64,000 nucleotides of DNA from Ramazzottius varieornatus (lineage: Eukaryota; Animalia; Tardigrada), in NCBI GenBank assembly GCA_001949185.1, contig BDGG01000008.1:248001-312000 (forward strand), in the 5' to 3' direction. Positions 21,665-33,300 of this stretch are shown here, one piece after another. Every line of letters starts with the position of its first letter. The first letter of the stretch is position 1. A program made the translations under genes and the position numbers. The notes beneath the pieces were generated by a model. It worked only from the letters and a program-made list of their open reading frames with translations, ran no database searches and was not told the origin of the DNA.

Positions 21665-24185
21665 ATGCCGAGTAGAAAACGAAAGATTTCAACTGAAACT
21701 CCTTCGCAAGTCGACATGAATCCTGCTGGAGCAGCAAAAGAAGAACCATCCGTCAGCTCGGGAACGCGAAGTTCTAAAGCTACGGCGGCCCCCTCAGGTA
21801 CTCAACCACTAGAAGCAGTTAGGCAAACCCGGTCGATGAGCAAGATGAACAATCCTCCCGCTAATCCAGCAGCACCAACTAACACTTCCGGTGAGATAAT
21901 CCTTCTACGTTATGTAACAGAGTGCTCGCTTATAGGCAAAATTGACCAACCCCGCTCTCATCCTAGTAGCAACTTTCGGCAAAAATTGATACCAGAATAG
22001 AAAGAGGCTTGGTTTGAAGTTACATGAAGTAATTTTTAGGACGAGGAAAGCAGAAGAAACAAAAGCAAGCTGCCAACAGCGCTTTCGGGATGGAATGGAA
22101 CGATGATGATGACGACGAGGACTTCTTCCCTCCGTCCTCTCAGCCTTTCGCGATACCAGTGTCAGCAGCGCCAAATCTACCCGGCGGAGCGTTCAACCCT
22201 CCTCCCCCACACTGGACTCCTTTTTTTGCCAGCCATTCCTTGCCTCCCTGGATGCAGGGCGCACCAGGCTCAGCAGCTTACGCTGCTACTCCTAATGGTG
22301 TGTATATGCCTCTATATCGATTTTCTTTCAGGTACAGAAAGGTTTCCGGTACGCGCTGGAGACAGGTACTAACACAGCTAGGTGATTTATTCTTGCCGTT
22401 CTAGGCTCAGGTTGGGCACAGGTTTCAGGGAATGGTCCTGCTTATTTCAAGCAGAATATGCCCCCTCACGGTCAAGGCTCTGCTGGTAAGTGGTAATCAA
22501 TGTTCTCTAGCCTATTTTTCACTGAATCCGTAGTATTCTCGCAAATTACTAGAACGTTACTCTCGTTTCAAGCTTTCGTGAAATTTGTTTTGCACTGGAT
22601 CAAGTTCGATGTTTGACGAATGAAATTTTCATCTGTATTTTTGTTGATAGGTGATGCGCCACCGTTACCATTTTCGCTGAGTGGTCTGGGGTTAGGACCC
22701 ACCGATCCTTTTACTGGTCCTGGTGGTATGTTCAGCCTTTCGGGCAAGCATAGTTCAGCCAACCCTCACCAGAGTCCATGGGATCCTCGACAGTCGCCAG
22801 ACTGGGACAAGACCGAAGCCTCCGCTATGTGCAAGAAACGAATGCAGCATGATCTGGCCAACTCTCTTTCGGACGAGGACTGCATGGGCATCTACATCCA
22901 GCCCGATGAGAAGAACATCACCAAGCTTCACGCCTTGGTGATCGGACCCAAAGATACTCCTTATGAAGGGGTAAGATTGATTTCTGCAAGTCTGTCCCTT
23001 GCTCAAGTCAGTTTCGTATATTCTTTCCAGGGATTCTTCCTGTTCTTTGTGCGCTGTCCTCCCGACTATCCGCTACGACCTCCCAAAGTCGCTGTTTTGA
23101 CTACCGGAAACGGAAGGGTCCGCTTCGGGCCCAACCTGGTATGACTTTCACTTTGGCTTTATTATATCTCGATGATTTTTATTTAGACGAGACGTTCATC
23201 ATTCTTGGTTTTTTATTTATTCCAGTACAACTGCGGCAAGGTCTGCCTGAGTATTCTTGGGTAAGGAAATTCCTTCTTCTTCCAGCAACAATCGAAAACA
23301 TTTAACATCGGCTGACTTTTTGGGGAATGTTTTTTCCCCAAGTGGTGCACGGTCTTTGCCAGTAACAACGGAAACGTAGGCCACGTTGCTTCGAGCTCGC
23401 ATACAATACTAACTACACTACGAGTACGTACAGTGGTTAAGTGCATATTTTTTGTTCGCCTCGTAGGACCTGGACCGGTCCTTCCTGGACAGCAGCCATG
23501 ACAATGAGCGTTCTGTTGACAAGCATTCGTAGCCTGATGAGCGTCGGTGCTCTACGAAACGAGCCCTCGTACGAGAACCGTGCTCTGACGGAGCCCGCGG
23601 TGATCGCTTACGACCGAAACGTGAAGTACGAGACCATTCGGGTGGCTGTTCTGGACAACCTGGATATCGTACTGACAGCTGGTCAAACAACCTTTTCGGA
23701 GAAATTCTGCCAGGTGATGCTCAAGTCTTTCAGTGAGAATTGCGAGACCATCATAACTCTGTGCGAGGTTGAGATCCAGCAACAGGCCAATCTTCCTCCT
23801 TCGACTACTAAGCCCCAACCCAGAGGCTACAATCCCGAAATGGTAAGTGTCGAGCCTTTCAGTTTGAGTTTTCGGAAAGCCAGTACCTAGGCAAACTCGA
23901 CAACATCGTTTTTTTCCAAGTGGCGCACCCCTACATTCAGCAGCACTGGAATTGTGAGCCACTTGGGAACAATCCTGGCGAGGTCATTTGCTGAGGTCTT
24001 CATTCATTGGTAGCTGCATCTTTTGTATTTTCTTACTTCAGAGTTACGTCATGTCTGTCGGTGGTCAGTATGGACCTGGTGGTGCTCAGCACAACTGGAA
24101 GCAACTGAAGGATCGACTGCAAGCCATGAAACCTCGGGTGAGGAAAGCTCTCAGTGGTACACAAGCCCCCATTACAATCTCGTGA
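21665..24185 (+). CDS. UBE2Z: Ubiquitin-conjugating enzyme E2 Z (USE1)-like with a long disordered N-terminal extension
   Basis: [68 protein letters not shown] and LRNEPSYE...YETIRVAV. The active-site Cys lies on a 35-nt exon (23226-23260). Confidence 0.88.
23338..23388. repeat. Motif family B copy in a UBE2Z intron
   Basis: CCAAGTGGTGCAC-N25-GTAGGCCACGTTG. Confidence 0.65.
23916..23966. repeat. Motif family B copy in a UBE2Z intron
   Basis: CCAAGTGGCGCAC-N25-GTGAGCCACTTGG, preceded by TAGGCAAACTCGACA. Confidence 0.8.
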
Positions 24186-25222
24186 AAGACTTGCCCAAAT
24201 TTTAATTGCATAGAATCTGATGCCATTACGTACTTTGTACAAACTCCGACTGTCCGATGTTCCTTTCTGGTGAAAGCGAATTTGCTCTTTACCCTTTTGC
24301 GGTCGACGGTATATACCTTTTACTTTTGCTACTGTTAGTCTGTTACTGAATCACATAATGGTAACGTCGGAAACGTCGAAATCGAATCTGTTGTACCGCA
24401 CTGAACGAGTGACGACTTTTACAAAAAGTTGACTCAAAAGGCTTTTACAAGTGTACGACAAAATTTACCGTTAAAAATGGGCGTAACACTTCAGCTGAGC
24501 TCACGCACGACTCAACCAATGAGAATTAGGTCTCGCTGCATGCGCGAATTTCATTGGCTTTAACCATCTGGCTCCATACACCCATTTCTAACGGTTTATT
24601 TGATCGTACACTGTATGCACTACTGGCAAAACCAGAATCGATACCTGGAATCCTCGCATGCCACGAAACACAGTGACGAAACACAAATCTGAATGCCGGA
24701 TCGAACAAAAGTGGACTGTAACGATTGAGTGCTGAAGTCCTTGCTTCCTGCAACGGTCCAAGAAGATGTGGATCAACTTGTTTCTCTGTCGAGAACCTCC
24801 GGCGGCCCTCCGGTTGACGAGGTCGGAAGTCTAGCCACAACCCAAGTGGTATACTGAGTGACGTAAGGAATGACGTCAGGCGCATGTTGTGACACAAAGA
24901 ATTTGCGAAGTGCTGAATTAGAGGCTGCATGCTGACCCACTTTCAAGTTTTGACGGATTCCTTCTCATCTTTTCCTTGCGTTCCTTCCCATAACTGCTTC
25001 CTCTGGAAGTTAGAAGTTCAAGTATCTTGTGGATGGTGCAAGAAAGGATGAACCATCGAACTAGTGTTAGCCCTTGTCTGTAAGCATGGCACTGCAACTG
25101 CCAACTGGCAGACTGATCCAAGATCTTAGTCCGTTTGTTTACACTTCACAGATATTTGGGCAGTTGAAGTGTTCGACTGTATCTACCTAAGTGCTGCTCG
25201 ACGACACAGCTTCTTCCACGAT

Positions 25223-27240
25223 ATGGTGCTGGAGCCAACTACTGGCTTCTCTTCTGCATCTGCAAGAGGAAACGAGACAGCCTCGTCTCATACGGAGAAA
25301 GTTGATCAGATAGACATGGCATCAGAAGCATCAACGACTTCCTCTGTCACGCTTGACCAGCTTCCAGAGGAAGTTCTTCACATTATTGCAGCCTTCCTGG
25401 AGCCTGCGGATGTCATTGGAGGGCTTATGAGGACGAACGAACATCTGCATCGGATATTCTCCGACGAAGAGTACTGGAGGATCCGCATCAAGCGACGCTG
25501 GCCATCCACTTACCCAATCATCTCAGGTAGTCAGTGTTTCGACCATTACGTCACTTTCATCTCTTCTATCGTGTCCGATTGTTTTACAGATCGCACGCAA
25601 TCAAGGAATGTCTGGAAGAAACGTGCCTGCACTCGTGAAGCACAGTATAACAAGTTCAGCAGTGAGGCGAAGACACCACTGCAGAACGTCTCGTTCGGAG
25701 CCGAGCATGGTGGCTTCCACTTCTCGGACATCAATGCGATGTGCTTCATCAACAACGGTACGCACTCGCTTTTCTGGATAATATTCATAGCAGAACCTCA
25801 AACGCCAGTTTAGGACCCATTACTCCACTTTGTGTGTCTTTGATGAGGCCTTATCTAAGCTTAGTGGCTCCGAATATGGAGGCCGGAAGTGAAGACTCTG
25901 TATAGTTTACGGCTAGTTGCATTGATAGTCAAGTTACTTTATCTGTTTCAGGAGATGTTCTGGCAAGCGGTGGACGAGACAGGCAGCTGATTTTGTGGGA
26001 TATCACAGCCATCAAGCGGAATTACGAGCAGAAAGTAGAGCCTGTGTCGGCGGCCACAGTCCAGACTATTCTTCACACCCATGGCGTAAGTTACGAAGTG
26101 CACAGTTTCGAATGGTAGATGCAGTAGTTGATAGTCCAGAATTGATTTGAGAAACAACTAAAGGAGGGGCTTTACGGAAACTCGTTGTTTTGTAGGGCTG
26201 GGTGTGGTCCGTGCAGAATGTCGGAAACTCCTTGAGCGCTGGTAAGATATACTCAATAGATCATTTCGTTGCAGCTCTCTTGATGGAGGGAACGTACAGT
26301 AACACCTTTCCTTTCTTGCTCCTTAGGTTCCTGGGATGGCGCAATCCATATCTTTGATCTCGACCATTCGACAGACAAGTCGAATAACTTCAAGTATGTA
26401 CGCGCGTTCCTCAATTCCCGAAAAACCCAAGTACACTGGGTTCCATTTTTATTTGTTTGTAGGTGCGAGCAGGCCGTAACTTGCCACTTATGGCATAAGG
26501 ATTTAGTGATCGCTGGAACGATCATGGGTTCCATTGTGGTCTTCGATGTACGAGCCGGACCCAAATCTGTGTATAAACGCAAGCAGTCTGTCAATCAGGA
26601 TGCCGTGCTCGGTGTACAGTGTGTCGACGATTACGTCGTCACTGTCGGTGCGGACAAGAAGTTCCATGTGCTCGATCTTGGTCGACAAGACTTTGTCATC
26701 AAAAGAAGCGTGAGCAAAGCAGTCCTAAACAGCACTGAGTGCAGTCCGATGCTCCCTTGGAGTCTAATTGGTGGGTGGTGTCTCTTATTCTGTAGATTCC
26801 CAATAACGATTTCGGCACGAAGATCGTCGCTAAAGAGGGCCACGTTTGGGTGGGCACCAAGCACGGTCAGATCCTCCTGTACGATGCAGAGGAGTTTGAG
26901 CTGGTGGAGAACTTCACGGAAGTCATGGGCCATACTGAGCACATCACTGGCCTACACTTTGACGCCGGTCACCTGGCTACTTGCGGTCTCGACAGGAAGG
27001 CCCAGATGGTGCAGCCCACAAAGAGCGCTGAAACAATCTGGAAAACCAAGTCAGACACGGGTAAGTACCGCTGTATAACCATAAGGGCCGCTCATTGGGT
27101 CGTCGCATAGGTGAGCGAACGGACTAGTTCTTTTCTCTCACCTGCCTTTTGTTGCCGTTATAGGCTTCACCGCCATGGACTTCTCAAAAGACTGCACCAT
27201 GGCCTTGGCATGGGGTTCGACCGTCGGTCTTTGGTGGTAA
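25223..27240 (+). CDS. FBXW9: F-box/WD40 protein, FBXW9 (MEC-15)-like
   Basis: F-box LDQLPEEVLHIIAAFL...EEYWRIRIKRRW followed by WD repeats (LASGGRDRQLILWDI, HGWVWSV, GSWDG, GHTEHITGL). The subfamily call comes from recalled similarity only. Confidence 0.7.
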
Positions 27241-27479
27241 CGTACGTAGCCGCACTAAGTCACAATGGCTGTCAGCGGCATATCGATATCGCCAAGTTGT
27301 CCATGTGAGTCTTGTGATACCTTCTCCTATTACTTCACCGGTTCGCCAGTTATTTCACCGATTTCAAACAAGGCTTGAGTTGTTACTTTCTCGTCTTAGC
27401 CAGCTTACTCTTTCGTACCCGATCAAGAGAATACTAGTCTGTCTTCACTGCCCCCGGAAATCTTTTGCGAAACCAGTTG

Positions 27480-27932
27480 TGCATGAAGGTGGCTGTCACT
27501 TTCACTGATGTACAGTAGGACAGGGACATTATCAATAAGGAAGTTAGTGGGGAACTGCTCGGAGCTAATATATTTCGTCTGCCGGCCTCGCAAATATTGA
27601 CAAACTTACCTTTCGGCAGTTTAGCTTCCCATTCGACTTCCCCGAGAGAAACTTGAATTTGTCCTTCGTGTCCACACGCCCAGATGTGTAGCTACGGTCA
27701 CCGAAATCCGCTTTCCGTTCTTCAGGAGTCCGTTTGCTTGCCATGTTTTATACGGCAGGTGATGTTGCAGTTCGTTGTTCGCGGTGCTCGGAACATTTAC
27801 TCGATTTCATTCGAACTCATTAATCGTGTTGCCATCAAAGTCATCTCGAAGTATCTCCACGTAGTTCATAGCGTAAACGTTTCTTGCAGTCGCCAAAACC
27901 AGTACGACACAAAAGACACTAATGAAATTCAT
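27480..27932 (-). pseudogene. GH16 glucanase pseudogene, tandem paralog of 28229..29200
   Basis: MNFISVFCVVLVL...NYVEILRDDFDGNTINEFE*NRV (TGA at a conserved Trp, 27809-27807), then RSYTSGRVDTKDKF, a frameshift, and GEVEWEAKLPKG at the same intron position as the intact copy. Exon 2 is only a remnant. Confidence 0.85.
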
Positions 27933-28228
27933 GATTACTAACTTCTGACGGCCTTGCTGATTCGGGCCAAACACGTACAATTTTGTGGCTGTGCTGGGTC
28001 GTCTATAACTCTGAGCGAAAATCGCCGGAACGGACGATCGTTTATCGATATCAAGTTTTGACGTGACTTGCGAACCTGTTGTCGATCGCGGTTACTCCAG
28101 TTAGCTGTACATCGAGCTTCGTCGCAGAAACATTGAGCATAGTGGAGTCCAAATGGCTGCTAATCTAACTTTAGACTGACTTTAGTAAGTACCCAAGGTT
28201 CTTCGAACAGTTTTCCGGATCCATTGAT

Positions 28229-29200
28229 TTACTGCCATCTGTGGACGGTAACGTAATCAATAATAAAATGAGTAGGAAAAGGCGTAGAGTTGCTTGGGCT
28301 TCCACTGTACCAGCCGCCCACCGCGACATTCATGATCAGGTACATTTCTTCCTTCGGAATATGAGTTTTGTCGGTGATCTTGTATACCTCTCGTCCGTCA
28401 ATGAAAAACGTCACTTGGTTCGGGTCCCAGATGACTTTGTAGGTGTGGAAGTCCGCTGTAAAGTCGATTCCCCAGATTTCCTTCGTGTCGTCCCCGTTGT
28501 TGGGTGCGCGACCGTAGTGCAGCGTGGTGGTAACTTTGTTCGGTTGGTCTCCGCGGGCTTCCATCACATCAATTTCCGGGGGCCATGTCGTACAAGGAGT
28601 GGCTGGTGGACATTGCCATTGCAACAGCCACAACGCAGGCCAAATTCCCGTTCCTGAGAAACCAGTTTTCGATCGGTACGAGTAAGCTCCTGCCTGACGT
28701 CACAAAGCTTACACGACAGAAACTAAGTTACAGCCATTGCGTTCACAGCAACACATGATGAACTTGACATGACATGCCCGGGACATACGCTCGACATGAC
28801 ATGCCCGGGACATACGCTCGACATGACATACGTGTCACACATGACATGACCGGGTAGTAACGCGTGTCTTGCCTCTGGGCAGTTTCGCTTTCCACTCAAC
28901 TTCTCCGTATAGGAAATTGAACTTGTTTTGAGTGTCCACCCGTCCGGAGGTGTAGCTGCGACCTCCGTAATTTCTTTTCTGGCTCCTAAGGAAGAGAAAG
29001 TCATGCTCCTGCCAGGTGTCGTCCCACACGTAATGCTGGAGCTCCTGGTTGACGTTACTAGGTGTTGTGATCCTGTTCCATTTGGCTTCGTTGATGGTGT
29101 TGCCACGGAAGTCGTCCCGAAAGATCTCTACGTAGTTTAGCCCATGGATTTTCCCAACCAAAACGCACAGCGCTATGCATAAAACATAGTTGACAGCCAT
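28229..29200 (-). CDS. Secreted GH16 beta-1,3-glucanase (laminarinase-like), ~250 aa, 2 exons
   Basis: Signal peptide; YTSGRVDT..KF.FLYG..E..AKLPRG|TGIWPALWL; catalytic WPPEIDVME; DFHTY..IW; YLIMNVAVGG. The intron 28872-28654 has a GC donor. Confidence 0.92.
28766..28829. repeat. 27-bp tandem repeat (~2.4 copies) in the GH16 intron
   Basis: Unit GACATGACATGCCCGGGACATACGCTC at 28766 and 28793, with a partial copy at 28820. Confidence 0.9.
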
Positions 29201-30334
29201 GTTGCCGCTCTGAAATAAAGTTTCTAAGGCCCAGAAGGGTGCATCCGGGTATCATACCAGTTTATGAGACAATGAAGAAGCCGCCTTGTGGTTGTTATCA
29301 AAATTTGAACTCGCTGTTTATCGATTTCTCGAAAACTTTCCAACGATTAACGTCACTCAAAGCGTTCTCGATAACTTTTGACGAGCCATCTCAAGGCTGA
29401 CTACGCCATATTAGAACAGAGTCTTCGAAAAGTGTTATGCGCGCCACTTCCAGCCCAGACGAGTTCTTGGTAACCTGCTCTGAAGTTTTCTACTCCTAAA
29501 TCCTACGCACGCAACCTCATCTGATTTTGGCCGGACCTTGATAAAAACAGGCCATGAATTGGCATGAAACGAGCTTTTAGTCCAGGTTGAACCTGCTATC
29601 GCGAAATCAGCTTCTTCTGTCTGGCGAACCAGAGATCTGGCTGGGCTGGTTTACACATGATATCGTTATCCAGTCTTCAAGTCCAGTGGTTCATTCGTAT
29701 TTGTCCGGCGTTCGACGTCAAAAACGTCTACCTTCTCAAGATCTTCGAAGAGAGCACGGGCTTCGCCAAGGAGCGTCGACGTGTACCTTTTCTTAGGTAC
29801 CCGCTCGTGGAATAAACCGGGATTTCCATTGTCCGCTATTCCAAGCGTTGTTGGTAGAAGATACTTCAGGATACGAGTAGTGGAACAATTTATCTGTACA
29901 CTTGAACTCAAGTCAACTGACATTAGATTAGGAGAAGAAACGTGTTCTTGAGAAAAAGATACCACAACACTTGACTCAAAAAAATCGGTCCAGAAAAGAC
30001 CACCCGTGAAAGCACACCATCGAGCAGGAAAAGAGATCAAGATCATTACAGCTAAACTCGTCCATTCAAACTTCAGAATTAGACTGCCACTTTGAAGAAA
30101 GCCTGCTCGACGCTGTGCAGGGGGAAAACTCGTCTCAACTGGGGCACGAGATGTCATGACAAAGGGAAAAGGAAAATTTTTACAGAGCATTCAGAAACAA
30201 AGTTAAAATCAAAGATTGTCTTGTAGCAGACTAATCCCATGAGCTGCCATGTTCGTGTAAAAAGAGAGAGATAGAGTTCTGAGGACCTGCTCGGACCGAC
30301 CTCGAACGGGAGCAACAATAGAGCAACCGAGCTC

Positions 30335-33300
30335 TCATGCCGCTCCAACGTCGGCGCTCGGTATTCTCAAGACGTTCTCCGCCCTTGGATGGTCGTTCCT
30401 TTGCTCACTTTGGGCAAAGAGACGGTCGCGTTGGTCCTGCAGCCGTTTCCTGTTGACAGGAGGCCCTGAACACAAAACAATTCGGTCAATACAAGATTAG
30501 TCAGAGATCTGCATCAGTATTTAACCGCAAAATTGGATTGATGATCCATTAACTTTCTCTAATTATAGCCCAATCAGTGGGACCAGTAAATGAGCATGAC
30601 AGTTTGAAGTTCAGAATGACAGAATGTTTACATACCGATGAACGTCAGGAGGACGGGCAAGAATACTAGACCATGAGCCGCGCCTATGAGGACAATGCTC
30701 AAGTACATCCGGAAGTAGTATATCCTGAAGATTTGCGAGTGACTAAACGCCAAAACGATGATGCCACCAAACTTCGTCAAGGTTATACCACTTAGAACCT
30801 ACAAAAGCCATACCGCCATCAGTGAAAAGATCGAGGACGAAGGAGTGTTAAAGAGACAGCTTACCGAGCTGCCCATGTGCGCAAGAGCATCTTGGGCGCG
30901 ACCAACACGACCTCCTTGAGTACTGATAGCGAAAGCGCGGACCAGATGAGAACAGAACTCTACTGAGATTCCCACACCCTGAGAAACAACAAAGAATGGT
31001 TAGACAAGAATGCGGGAGTAGCCCAGGCAAGAGAAGCAAAAACTCTTACCATGACTAAGTTGACAAGAGAGATTGCATTGAGATCGATGTTCCACCAGTA
31101 CATGACCGCCATCAGATCTATCTCAATCATAGCAATGGTCCCCACTACCACCACTGCAGAGTACCAATCAAGGCCCAGGAGAATGAAGGTTACAGCGAAG
31201 ATAGCTGCCAATGAGAAGGTCAGGTTGCCCACGGTCTCCAACACCACCGTCAGGTACTGCTCGTAAAACACGTAGAAGACGCTGTACGGGAACACTTTGA
31301 CGCCCAGCATGGCTGTAATGTTGTCAGCGATGGCATGAGCCTCTTTCAGGGCGGTGGTATACTCCGCAGATTTCTTCAGGACCGTGTGGTAAGTCGCGAA
31401 ATGCGAAGCCCCGACTGTCGGCTGAGAACCGTTGTGGGAGACCAACTCCACGGCACTTCCGTATCTGGCATGTCCACTGTAAGGGGAAAAACATGTCACA
31501 TTACATTACCGATATACTACAACATATATTACCGACGTGCACAAATTGTTACCACATTACATCCCGACAATACTGTATTACATGACAATATGACTTACCC
31601 TTTTGGACATGCGACTGTCGGGTTGTCCGACAGGAAGAACGGCAGGTATTTCATGAAATCCCCTTGGACCGGTCGACTTCTTTCATAAGTGGCATTACAA
31701 GGCTCGCACAGTTGTTCTCGGTTAATCTGAGAAGATGGACAGAACTGGGAGGGATCCGCCTTGAGGACCTGACAGCAAGGGTTCGAGCCCCCTGGCCGAA
31801 GCCAGGCTATGTAGTCGTCCAGCCAGGAGGAACCTTTCTGGGCGATCTTCGTGTAGTTGGATCCAAAAGAGGCCAGCGTGATCTGCGCCATAAGCGACTC
31901 TTGATCACATCCCGCAGTTCCACATAGCTTGTTCTGCTGAAGGCGGTTCGAGTAGTCCATGCCGTCTTCCACTACGAAGTACACCGGCGCACCGACGGAG
32001 AGGTACTCTTCCATGTTCGTCATGTAGTCCAGAACATACGAGTCCTGCCAAACGAAACGCCGTTGTTAACAGATAAGTTCTGCTTTCAACCGACTGATCT
32101 GAATTCATGGCAAATTTGATGCGTCGACTAACAAAATATACCAGTCGTTTACCATCCTGCATACACGACACCGTGGAGATACATTGGCATCCTGGTATGC
32201 ACGAGTATGAAAGCCCGGCAAACAACTACCGCACACTTTTCATCGACCACCAGTTAAGATACACCGGCGCGTTTCGAAATTAGCTTTTCAATATCTCTTT
32301 AGTTTGACACTTTTCGCTCTGCAGAGTGCAATTGTTCCATAAAGCGATTATTCCCGGTTCTTGGTGAATAGTCAACTTTGAGTTTTGAGGTTTTGCTGTC
32401 ATGTTTTCTCGGTTGAGAAATTAGGTCTTTCAAGCCTACGGTGAAACCACGAGGCCTGTGCTAAACATGCCAACTTGGCACTGGTTTATTACCTCAGGCA
32501 TGGAGATCTTCTGATCGAAGCCAACATTGATTTTGTTGATCACCGCAATGGAAGCCAGGAGCCAGCCCGAGAAGACTAGCAGAACGAGCACACGCACGGC
32601 TTTGCTTGTGACGAAGGGCGTGTAGACCCGGCTGACAAATGTGTACAGAATGTCCGGGGAGTTGTCGGTGCTCTTTTTAGAAAACTTGACGCAGCACAAG
32701 AAATCCAGTCGGGAGCTCTGTGTCGGAAGAAGAATCAATATTTAGATGGCGTTACGTGAAGGTTAGCCAGCATTTCTGGCCTAAAGAGGAGACAGACGAG
32801 AATGAGTGAATGATAAATCGTACCTCTTGCCGCTTGGCGTCCAATGTCATCAGGCTGACGAAGCAGGAGATTTGCAACAGGAAATCGATAAACACAGCCA
32901 GAGCCGCGTATAGCGAGAATATTTTGACAGCTGGCATTGTCGACAAGGCGCCTGTAAGAAAATACAAATCTCATGAAGTCATCCATTCAGGAACAAAAAA
33001 ACAGAGACCAAAAACAGAAACACAGTCTTGTATTTTTTAGCTCCATTTTGTGAATAGTCTGATATTTTTTCTCAAACTTATCAGTTTTTTCATGCTCATT
33101 TTTTGTAAGTAGTACACGTGTATCAAATTCTCAATCTGAGCCCGATTCTCCAAGCTGTCTACGTACATTTTGCTCGCCTGCTGTTTGTTTTGATGACGAT
33201 AAAGCTAGACAAACTGTCCTACTTGATAACCTGGTAAAAAACTTGGAGACAAATTTACATACCGATAAAAAAGCAGCAAGACTCCGATAAACTTGTCAAC

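Noticed and set aside
29587-30190. ORFs between GH16 and NPC1
   Set aside because: No homology recognised; the region is most simply the NPC1 3'UTR and intergenic DNA.
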